A stretch of 64,000 bases of DNA from NCBI GenBank assembly GCA_013265495.1, contig MU058039.1:746591-810590 (forward strand). The letters run 5' to 3'. The notes under the pieces were generated by a model. It searched no databases, was not told where the DNA came from, and worked only from the letters and a program-made list of their open reading frames with translations. The translations under genes were made by a program, and so were the position numbers. Positions 13,025 through 23,914 of the stretch are shown piece after piece. Source of the stretch: Vicugna vicugna (lineage: Eukaryota). How positions within the stretch are numbered: position 1 is the stretch's first letter; each line of letters starts with the position of its first letter.

Positions 13025-13930
13025 TTTTTTTAATGGAACATTTCAAGCACATTAGAAGTATACTGAGCCAAGCCCCTGTTTCAGCATTTATCATATGGTG
13101 TTTTGTTTCTGTTTTTAAATCCATACTTCCCCACCTTGGATTATTTGAAACAATCCCACTCCTTGGAATGTACCCCTACCCAGTCAGGACCTTTAAAAAG
13201 TTATTATTACGCTTAAAAAATTTAATAGTAAGTCGGTATCAACTATCCATTCTGTCTTTAGCTTTCTGTTGTATCAGTATTTTTAAAAGACAGTTGTTTT
13301 GTTTATCAAGCTCCTCCTGTGGCATTTGGTTGATGTATCACTTCAGGTTCTTCTATAAGTTTCTCCTCCTGCTTATTTTTTTCTTACAGTTGATTTTGGG
13401 AGGAAACCAGGTCACTGGTCCTTTAGAGCCTCCCACTTCCTGGATTTAGCCGCTCACATCCCCCGGTGTCCTTTAACCTGTTCTTCTAGCGCACGGATTT
13501 CCCGTAAACCAAGGATCGGCATAGAAGCTTGATCAGACTCTGGGATTCTGGTTAAATTCTTTTGGTAACAACTCTTCCCAGGTGTGCACCCACCAGGAGA
13601 CATCTCGTGTCTGATCATTCCTGTGCGAGTGAAACTGAGGGCGGTCAGAGGGTTCGGATGGTGGCAGCGTGACCTGTCACCATACATTTCCCCTCAGCTC
13701 TCAGCAGCCATTCCTGATCATTACCTAGATCCCCTGTGTCATTACGGGTCACCCTGAAGTGACGGTCTCAGTTCTGTCATTCCTTCCTCATTTTTTGGCT
13801 GGAGGTCTTCTAAAAAGAACTTTCCTTCAGCAACTATTGGGTTCTTCTGAGGTGTGATTTATACAGGGAAGGCAGGCTAGATGCAGTTTTTAGAATAATG
13901 AGTTGGTACCCTGGCAACCTCCACAGGTGC
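13025..13930 (-). mobile_element. L1MC-like 3' end fragment
   Basis: tttttaatggaacatttcaagcac...ggattatttgaaacaatccc and later L1MC 3' UTR-like segments. Boundaries approximate. Confidence 0.55.
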
Positions 13931-16900
13931 CCAGAGACAGTGATTCTAGAATCACTACATTCCAAGCACTGGAAACTCAGCTGCACAGAGGAAGGTCAAG
14001 GCCTGGGCCCTCACGGAGCTGACAAATACGTCAGGGGAGACAAACAGTAAAGGAGTAAGCAGATAAGATGGTTCATACGACGAAAGGGGGAGCAGCCGAG
14101 TGTAGTGGGAAGGCGGGCTGCAGAGTGAGGTTACCTGTGTTTGAATCCAAGCTGCTCCTCCTACTGTGACTCTGGGCAAGTGGCCTCACCGCCCTGCGCC
14201 GCAGTTTCCTCATTTGTAAAATAGGGATGATAATAGAGCCTTTCCCTGGAGGAGGTTGTGAGGTCCGAGGAGATGAGGCTTGTGGAGCACATAGCACAGC
14301 ACCTGGCCTGTAGGAGGCACCAGCCCTCTGAAGACCCCAGCTCTGAGGTACCAGGTGTGAGGAAAATAAAGCATGTGACCTGACGTTGGACTGGGTGGTC
14401 AGGAAAGGCCTGAAGGTGAGAAAAACCAGAAGAAAGGCTTTGTAGGGAGGGAGGAGCCATCACAAATGTGAGGACAGAGGCTCTCGTTGACAGACTAGAA
14501 AGAGGGTAGTGTGGCTGGAGCAGAGTGATCCAAGAGGGGGCACGAGATGAGGAAACACTGAGTGCTTCTACACATGACCTCGCTGGGCTGGTATGGTCCC
14601 CACTTTACAGAGGAGAAAACTGATGCCCAGAGTGGACCAGTCACCTGAGCACAGTCGTGCAGCTACTGAGCAGCAGAGCAAAGCTCAGTCCAGGTTTCCC
14701 ATCTCCATATACCCTGCTGCCTCTAAAAGCTGTTGCAAGCTATGGGCTTGGGAGTTCTGGTTGAGCCATCCCCACTTTCCTGAGTCCTGTTTGCTCTGAA
14801 CTTGGTGGGGAACAGTTCTGGGTAGGCTTAACCCTGCTGCAGCCAAGGGCTTGGCCACCCCCACCCAGGTCTTTCAGCCTCAGGTCTCCAGTCAGGCCCA
14901 AGGCGTCCCCTTCTCCCAGCCCTCTCCTGAGGCTTCCTCCACCCCTGCACGGAGCCAAGGCGCAGCCACACCCACTCTGAGCTCTGCAGGGGCAAGTCAA
15001 GCTGAGGTAACCCCCAGGCGAGCTCCCGGCAGAGCCCGCCGCCCCGCTCCACACTCAACACGCACGCACACCATAAGCCAGGCCGCCTGTTGGGTGACTC
15101 GAAAACTTGGGAGTGCCAGAGACCACAAAGGCGTCCTCATACCTGCAGGTAGGGAGCAGCTGAAGGGAAAGGAAACGTCTGCGGGCTCCCTTCTCTGGCT
15201 TTGGGGAGACGAGGCCAGGGAGGGTGTGACCAGACGGACAGGCTCCGAGCCCTGCCCTATTTAGAAGAAAAACTATCGCCCTGCTGCCTTTACAAGGTGG
15301 CCACCGAAACAAGATCTCCTGTTTGCAGGGGCGGGTGTGGGTTGGGACTTGCGTGGGTTTTGTTGCTTTCCAGGCGCAGTGGTGTCTAGCTGGCCTCACT
15401 TGCAGATCTGATAGCCCCGGCCCTGGGCTCCCCGCAGCCTCTCGCTGCAGCCCTGGTCTCCTGGCCTAAGTGTCACGATAAGCCCTGAGGGGAAGCACGC
15501 TGGGATGAGCAGAGGTGTTCCGCCTGCCGCCAGCCAGGCTCTGCACAGCGTGTCTCAACCCTGTGCCCTTTGGGCACTGAGTAGAGTACAGAGGATCATC
15601 TCTGTACCCCCAGGCCACGAGGCTGGGGTTCTCAAGTGAGCCCTGCCCTGCTGGGCCAGGCCAGGTAGCCAGGAGGGCACCCCAGAGCTCCTGAGGAGGT
15701 GTGTTGTCATGCCCTCGGGTGCTTGCACAGGCCCAGGAGGGATGTTCTCAATCTCGCTGCCCCTGTCACTGCCTGATCCTGGATGCCTTTGTCCCCTTCA
15801 GTTGGACTCAAGACATCTGATGGAAGCAGGGGGCTGGAAATTCCTCTCTGAGGAGGGAAATCAAAACCCCACAAGTTAGTGAGTAGGAAAGATAAGAAAG
15901 GAGTCCCTACGGCCCCCAGAAACTAGGCTGTCGGGGCTCAAGGACACGGAGGCAGGAGGAAAAGTGGTCTGCGAACCATGGGCGTCCACCCTCAGACCGC
16001 TCCCGCATGCGGCTGAGAGGTTGGAAAGGGAGTATTTAGTGAAGCCTTATTGGCCAAGCAAAAGACTAGAAGAAACCTAAATATCCAACTGTAGGGGACC
16101 AGCTGAGTAGACCCCAGGTCATCCATGTGATGGAATAGTCATTGATTGTTTATAGAAAATGCAGTGGGTCTGTGCTGAGAGGGCCTGATAAGAAATATTG
16201 TTAATTGGGAAGGAAAAAAAAAACTCAAGATGGGATCTGGGGTTAAGTGTAGTAGTCTTTTTATTTCTATTTTAAGTCATATTTACTTATCTACATGAGA
16301 TATTTTTGTAAGAATATATGAAAGCTTGGAAGCTGTGGGTGCTTCTGATGAGTATAACCGGGGAGCAGAGATAGGGGACAGGGATGCCCTTTTATACCAC
16401 TCCAGTGTATAAAAACAATTCAGAAACGAAATCAGTGCAATGGGCTTCTTAAGCCTCTTGTGTCAGAATTGTCCCTGGCAGCTCAGTAAAATGCCACTTC
16501 CTAGGTCCCACCTCCAGGAGGACTCTGAGTCAGATGAGCCAAGATGGGGCACAGGAATCTGTGTTCTTTCCTGAGTGCCCAGGGTGATTTTGATGCTGGT
16601 AGTTCTCAGACGGCCGGGAAGGAATTTGTTCCCAAGCCCCCAGGTGGGTGTGGCTGGACTTCAGAAAGTAGAAGTGGGAATGGCAGGTGGACTGTCCACG
16701 GACCTGGTGGAGAAGGTGACGGCAGCAGCCCTTATTCATGAGGCGCTTGGCCTGCACCAGCCTTTCTACTAATGCTCAGAGGATGCTCATCACCACTCCA
16801 GCTTACAGATTCGGAAACAGAGGCCCTGAGAAAGAAATTCCTCCCAAGACCACACAGGCCATTCGTGGCAGAGCTGGGCTCTGAACTGGCCCTCTGGCCC

Positions 16901-18688
16901 AGGAGCCCTGGCTCTCCATCACTCTGTGCTGCCTTCAGGGTGACTGCATAACATTTCCTTCTTTGAGATCATGCCCAGGGGCTACTGGCCAAAGGTGAAG
17001 CTGTCAGTAACTGGAATAGAAGTCAAGGACCCAAGAAATCTACCACCACCTCCCAAACCATTGTTCACTGGGCCAGTGGTTAAAGCTGTGGGCTTTTGAG
17101 TCAGCTTACTATCTCTGAATGCAGTTTCTGCCTCTTACTGGCTGTGACCTTGGACAGGTTGCTTAACTTCTCTGTGCCTCAGTTTACTTCTGTCTTCAGT
17201 GTGATGTACTGATCAGAACTCTGGTTACCAGCAACAGAGGTGAAGCAAAAGAGGGACTTTATTGGCATATGCATCTGATAAGACCAGGAGATAGGGCAAG
17301 GCTCGAGTGTGACTGTATGCGGGGACTCGGGCATCTGCATCAGGAATCTCTTTCCCCTTTCTCCTTCTCTGCGTGGCTGTCATTCTCAAACCATCTCCCA
17401 CTTTGTGGGAACAAAAATGACCTGTCCCTCCTTACAGCTCCGGCTTAGGTCTCCCCAGCCCAGCAGCCCAAGTAAAATAGATCTTTCCCCTGGTGGCTCC
17501 AAAGTTAATACTCACTGTCTCTGATTGGCCCAGCTTGGGGCACGTGACAGTCCTGTGTCAGTCATTGTGTCCAGAGGGAGAGGAGTTTCTGATTGGCAGA
17601 CCTGGGTCACATGCTCATACCTGGAGCCAAGAAATGGAGCCAGCCCCACCCAGAGCACACAGACCTGTTCCCAGAAGAAGGGGGGTAGAAGCTGGGCGGG
17701 CAGGAGCAGCAGGCGTGTGCTGCCTGGGGCCACAGTGGTATCCCCTCCACCTCCACTGGGCTTGGCATAGCTGTGGGTTCTTTTAGATGTTTGTACATTG
17801 TCATTCCTCACCTGGTACCTGGTGAGGCATGGGCACCTGCTAATCCAGATAGACTGCTGGAATGTCAGCTCTGACGTAGTGCAGCTGAGGGGCCCAGGTG
17901 CCAGAGCACACCCTCAGGTCACCTTATGATGACTCCTTAAGCAGCATGACCTGGGCCCACAGCCTCCCAGCCACTGAGTCTTTTACCGGGTGGCCCTGAA
18001 AGTGCCTCAGGGGACTCAGGAGAACCGGAGAGGATCGGCTCATTGTAGGCACGCGAGCTTCCAGGCCGTGGGCTCCTCCAGTCTCAGCTCCCACAGCTGC
18101 GGGGAGGTGGGTTCTGTGAGCACGGCCCCCTCCTTGGGTGCACGGCCCCCTCCCGTGCTCGCTGCAGCCGCGGTGGAGATGCCAGCTCAGCCTGCAGGCC
18201 TCCCCGCCTTGAGCCGGGAACGCCGCGGTGCGTGTGCCAGCCTGGTCTGGGGGGAGTCGCAGGCAATTCTGCATCTATTTCAAGGTTCTGGATTTCGTGG
18301 CTTTTTTTTTTTTTTTAACCACCCTGCAAAGTAGGTCACCTGCTCCTCTTCCAGCTGCCTTTGAGCTTCTTTGGAACAAGGCAGATACTATCCTCTGATT
18401 CTGAGGGCATCCGCCTTTCTGGCCCCAAGTATAGCCAAGGAGGGCCGAGCCGGTCCATGGAGGACACTGGCCGACTTGAGGCCTGGGTCAGGGAGAAGGG
18501 AGAGGAGGGGAGGGGAAGGGAGAGGTGCTAAGTTTCAGACCAAGTTGAAGGGTACCTACTTGGCCTTTAAAAGAGGCTGTCTCAGCTCAGGTTGGGCCCG
18601 GAAAGCCCAGCACCGCGTCTCTCCCAGGCAGCTGGCCTGTGCATTGGTGGCCAGGGCCTCTCTGAGTAACGAAGTTTTTCCTTCCCAG

Positions 18689-18940
18689 GGGGTGGCTGGA
18701 GACCTATGACATGAATACCTCGGAGCCCAAGACGGAGCCGGAGAGCATGGCCCCGGGGGGCCGGCCCCCCTACCGCAGCAATGCTCCATGGCAGTGGAGC
18801 GGGCCCTCATCCCACAACTCCCTGCCAGCCTCCAGGTGGGCTGCTCCTGCCACCCCTGGCCACGCCCAGTCCCTGAGCCGGCCCCCGAAGCAGACCCCCA
18901 TGGTCCCCTTCCGGGAGTCCCAGCCCCTGCACAGCAAGAG
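18689..18940 (+). CDS. SIPA1L3: SIPA1L3 coding exon (252 nt, phase 2 to 2): GWLETYDMNTSEPK...RESQPLHSK
   Basis: Acceptor ttttccttcccag ends at 18688 and donor GAG|gtaagg starts at 18941. The frame is open and phase-consistent. Confidence 0.93.
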
Positions 18941-19738
18941 GTAAGGCCCCTCCAAGGGGCACCACCCGGCCCCCACCTCCCTCCTGTCTGCAGCCGCCCT
19001 TTGCCCTTTTCCCTCTCCCCTTTCTGTCCAGTGTCTTCCTCTCCTTAGTCTTTCTCCTTCCCTTCTTGTCCTTATGCCTCCCTCCTACCCTCCCTCCCTC
19101 CCTTTAATATCCCTCCTGAGTGAGGGCATGGTGCTGGGGAGCTCAGTGTCTGAGGTTGGAAATCCACCATACCACATATGATTAAAACTATATATTTTTT
19201 AAGAGGTCAAGGGACCAATAAGTGCAAAATTTACAACAGTGATTACTTTTGAGAGGATGTAGAGGGGAAGGAGAGGAACCCACCAGCGGATACATATTTC
19301 TACTGTTCTGGCTTGTGGGGTGGTGGTAGCTTCGGGAGGTTTGTTTTATTATAATGATGTATACTTTACAGATAAATGCTTTTGATTATATTGTATAGTA
19401 GAAGGTAAAGAAAAATTTCTAAGAAGTGAAGGAATCCAGCTTGCAGAGGGGCGTCTTGTCCCAGGCCAGGCCGAGAACGGTCGGCGGCCCAATCAGGCCT
19501 TATCAGGCCACAGAACCCGAGGGGCAGGCGTGGCCACAGTGGGAGGGAAGCAAAGGGTATCCTGCCCACCCCCACCCCCCCTCCACTGCTCTCTCTCCAT
19601 CCCCATGGAAGGATGGCAGATGAAGCAGAGGTGGTGTGGTTGGCCCAAGGGAAGGGTCTGGCTGTCCCTGCTCTGTCGGGTCAGGGGTGTCCTCCTCGCC
19701 CATCCCCACCTCCTTCTTCCTTCCTGTCTCTCTTCCAG

Positions 19739-19876
19739 GCCTGTCAGCTTCCCAGAAACCCCTTACACAGCATCACCAGCAGGGGCCGACAAAGTCCCTC
19801 CCTACCGACAGCCTTCTGGGAGCTTCTCCACCCCTGGCTCGGCCACCTACGCAAGATACAAGCCATCCCCGGAAAG
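19739..19876 (+). CDS. SIPA1L3: SIPA1L3 coding exon (138 nt, phase 2 to 2): PVSFPETPYTASPAGADKVPPYRQPSGSFSTPGSATYARYKPSPE
   Basis: Long pyrimidine tract and ccag end at 19738; donor AAG|gtcagg starts at 19877. In frame. Confidence 0.92.
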
Positions 19877-22124
19877 GTCAGGGTCTCTTCACTCTTTTCA
19901 GTTAAGAAATCTGGTAGAAGGTGGAATCTTTCTTCTTCAGCAAATACACTTACCCTGCAAGTGTATTTGCTTTTGTGTGGGGCTTCTGGATCCCTGAAGG
20001 TCATCACAGGATCTCCAGGAGGATGGGCTGTGTCTAAGATTTAGGACCAAGCTGGCCTGGGCAGGACTCGCTGTTGCCTTTCTTTGCCACAGTATTTCTG
20101 TTGTGGTTTTCTCAACACCTGATTGACTTGTCTGAGCAAGAGCATGCACCTTCCGGCTCAGCGATTCACCTAACTCCTGTGGTGCTCCCCAAGAGCAGGC
20201 CACCAGCCTTGCCCAGTTCTCATGGCCTTTTAGTCTTCAGCCCTGTCCCCTTGGGTCCTTCGTCAGTCTGGCAGCATGAGGGACCTTCCCAACTCCTCCA
20301 TGGCTCCCCAGTGCCCTCAGGATAAACACGCACTCTCTAGCTTGCTCTCCAGTTGCTTGCAGCCCCCGTGCCCTATAGCCTTCCTCCTCTGGGTTCCCTG
20401 CCATGGGCCTTATCCTGGATGTCTGCCCACACCCCCCCTGCAGTCCATCCCTTCAACCCCCTGAGCATCTCTGCCTCCACCCCCTCCTCCTTAACCCAGT
20501 GCCCTGCCCCTGCCACGTCCTTGAGCCCCCATCCTCTGGCCCACCTCCTCTGGTCCACTTTCCACTGAGTAGCCAGGGGGATCTTTGTATATCTGCGCAT
20601 GTCTTTCCCCTGCTCCAAACTCTCCCACATGTCCCATAGTCCTCAGGACACAACATCCATGTCTCACTGTGGTCACCAGGGACCCACTCGCTTCCCCAGC
20701 CTTGTGCAAGGCCGCACATCAGCCGCTCTGGCCACTTCTGATTTCCTAGGTAGGCTGTCTGTGCATTTCAGAATCCTCATGTTCTTCCCTCTGCCTGGAA
20801 ATTCTTCACACTCTTCACTGCACACACTCCTCACTGCCCCCCACCATTCCGCCAACTTGAGCACAGATGCTCCTCCTCCAGGAAGCCTTCCCTGTACCTC
20901 ACCCCATGCTAGATGACATGCTGCCCCTCTACCTTTCACCTCCCTTTGTGTTTCCTGATCATGCTCTCCATTCTGTTAGCCCCGCTAAGTGTGTATGTGT
21001 GTGTACACATGTGTGCATGTACACTGATGCACGCGTGCATGAACGAGCCTGCTCTCCGAGATATACCACCTTCCCAGGTCATCTTTGTGTGACACACAGC
21101 TCAAGGTCTGGCACACGGTAGATCCTTGGTACATATTTGATGAAAGGATGGAGCGAGCAAGTGAGTGAGTGTGTTTAAATAGTGCGCCTCAGAATCACCT
21201 GGAGGGAGGGCTTGTTAAAATATAGATTCCTGGGCCTCACCCTCAAGTTTCCAGCTTGGTAGGTGTTGGGTAGAGCGTGCGATACCAAGGCTGCTGGTCC
21301 AGGGAACACACTTCGAGAGCCGCTGCACTAAACCAGTGTTTGATTCCAAGCCTCTGCTGTAAAAGTGAGGGAAACACACACGCTCTTCCATCTTCTAGTA
21401 ACCACTACTCAGCTTTCATCAGCAGAGGATTCTAAGTGCTTTCTGTGTGCTGGCTGCCAGGAGAAATATTTGAGATACTCACTCCAGGGGCTCCTGTTGT
21501 CAGTTCTGCTGTGATGGAGAGAGGGTAGAAACGATGTGCACGCTGATGTGAGAGCTCTGATAGACTCAGGCCTTGGAGGAGGGAGCTCAGCCCAGCCCCA
21601 AGGAGGCTGGCTGCCTGGGCTGGCTGCCTGGAGGAGGTAACAGTTGAACAGATCTTTGAGAGATTAGTAGGAGTTTGCCACATAGAAAGGGGAGAAAGTA
21701 ATTTCAGAATGGAGGCCACAGACATGAGTAAGCAGAATGGAGTGGAACATAGGAGGAATGGAGATGAGTCTGCGGTGTAGGGGTACCTGGGTGACAATAA
21801 TGGCTGAGGCTGGAAGTGGCAGTTGGCAGGGAGCAGTTAGCCAGGAACAGAGGTGGAGGGGATGATAGTACTCCAGGGAGCTCTTTTTTTTTTCCCAAAT
21901 TCTGATGTCCCCATCCTTTTATTATTATTTTTAAACTCTTTATGTGAAATAATTATAGACTCACAGGAAGTTAAAGAAGAAATGTAAAGGCAGCTCCAGT
22001 GAGCCCTTCACCCAGCCCTCTCCAAATGTCAGCATCTTGTGTAACTGATACAGCATCAAAGCACGACATTGACATTGGTACAATCCATAGTGCTTATTCA
22101 GAATGCACCAGTTACGTGTGAGTA

Positions 22125-22174
22125 TGTGTGTGTGTGTGTGTGTGTGTCTGTCTGTCTGTCTGTGTCTGTGTGTG
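22125..22174. repeat. (TG)n/(TCTG)n compound microsatellite
   Basis: Direct reading of tgtgtg...tctgtctgtctg...tgtgtg. Confidence 0.9.
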
Positions 22175-22531
22175 TAGCTCTATGCAGTTTTGTCCACAGT
22201 TGAGGCACTCAGCTGTACCATCACCACCAAACTCCTTCCTCCTGCTTCTCCATAGCCATACCCACCCCATCCCCCATCCCTAACTTCTGGCAACCATTTT
22301 TTTGTTCTGCATCTCTTACTTCATGAATGTTTTATAAAAGGAATCATACAGTATAACTTCTGTTGCTGAGTTGTATTCCATGGTGTGGCAGTACCATAGT
22401 TCGTAGAACCATTCATCCATTGAAGGATGTTTGGGTAGTTTCTGAGTGTGGACTATTACAGATTTTCATGCTCTGAACATTCATCAAAAGTTTTCATTTC
22501 TCTGGGATAAGTGCCCAAGAACACAGTTGCT

Positions 22532-23105
22532 GGTCAAGATATGGAACAGCCTAAATGTCTGTTGACAGATGAATGGATAAAGGAAATGTGGTGTACATAC
22601 ACAATGGAATATTATTCAGCCATAAAAAGAGGAAATCCTGCCATTGGGACAACGTGGATGAACCTCACAGGCATTATGCTAAGTGAAATACATCAGACAG
22701 AGGAAGACAAATACTGCATAGTATCAGTTATATGCAGAATGGGGGAAAAAAAGTCAAATTCAAAGAAACAGAGAGAGTGGTTGCCTGGGGGTGGGGGCAG
22801 AGATGGGGAGAGATGTTGGTCAAAGGGCACAAACTTTGACTTACAAGATGAACATGTTCTGAGGATTTAATGTACAGCATGGTAGCTGTAGTTAATACTT
22901 CTGTATTACATAGCTAAAATCTGCTAAGAGAGTAGATCTTAAACATTCTCACCTTAAAAAAAAAACAATAACAATGTGAGATATTAGATGTGCTCACTTG
23001 CTTGGGGTGATCATTACACAATGTACACGTATATCAAATCATTGCCTTGTACACGTTAAATATATTCCAATTTTATTTGTCAGTTACACCTCAGTAAAGC
23101 TGGGA
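22532..23105 (+). mobile_element. LINE-1 3' end (L1MA-like), 5'-truncated
   Basis: Canonical ORF2 C-terminus (QPKCLLTDEWIKEMWCTYTMEYYSAIKR) followed by the 3' UTR to cagtaaagctggg. TSD at 22517-22531 and 23218-23232. Confidence 0.9.
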
Positions 23106-23727
23106 GTGTGGGAGGGAGACGTTTCTAAGAGTGCCACTTACTCAGCAAGCTGAGAACGTTATCTCAGAGGAGTGTGCTGACCATTCTGTAGTGCTGTAGA
23201 AAAGTGTTTTAAAAAAAAAGAATACAGTTGCTTACTGTGTGGTAAGTCCACTTTTAGTTTTAAAAAGAACTACCAAACTATTTTCCAGAGTGGTTGTACC
23301 GTTGTGATCCCCACTGGCCAGGTCTGAGGGCTCCAGTTTCTCCACACCCTCACCGTTCTGCTGTCTTCGCCGTTTTTCATTTCAGCCGCTCTCATAGGTG
23401 TGTGTGATGCTGTCTCGTTGTGGTTCATTTGTCTTTGTCTGATGGATTGTGATGCTGTTGAACATCTTTGTTTTTCAGTGTTCGTACATTCCAGATACAA
23501 GATCTTTGTCAGCCTTGTGATTTGCACGTATTTTCTCCCAGTCATTAGTTTGTCTTTTCATATTCTTAACAGGGTTTTTCACAAAACAAAAGTTTTTAAC
23601 TTTGATGAGATCCAAATTATTGGAGTTTTTTTCCTTTTATGGATCATGCTTTTGATGTTAAAATCTGAGAACTCTTTGCCTATTCTTGGATCCTAAAAGA
23701 TTTTCTTTTTTTTTTCTAGAAGTTTTC

Positions 23728-23914
23728 TTTTTTTTTTTAAAGCACACTAAGCACCGTATTTAACTTTGTTTTGTTTTGCTTTGTTTATTTAATTTTTTTG
23801 GCCGGGGAGGTTATTAAGTTTACTTATTTATTTTCAGAGGAGGTGCCAGAGATTGAACCCAGGACCTTGTGCATGCTAAGCATGCACTCTACCACTTGAG
23901 CTACACCCTCCCCC
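23728..23914 (-). mobile_element. tRNA-derived SINE (Vic-1-like) with extended 3' tail
   Basis: Reverse complement matches the 4136 element. TSD gaagttttc at 23719-23727 and 23915-23923. Confidence 0.88.

Noticed and set aside
22511..22870. 119-aa ORF with real protein similarity
   Set aside because: It is the C-terminal remnant of L1 ORF2 in a truncated insertion, not a host gene.
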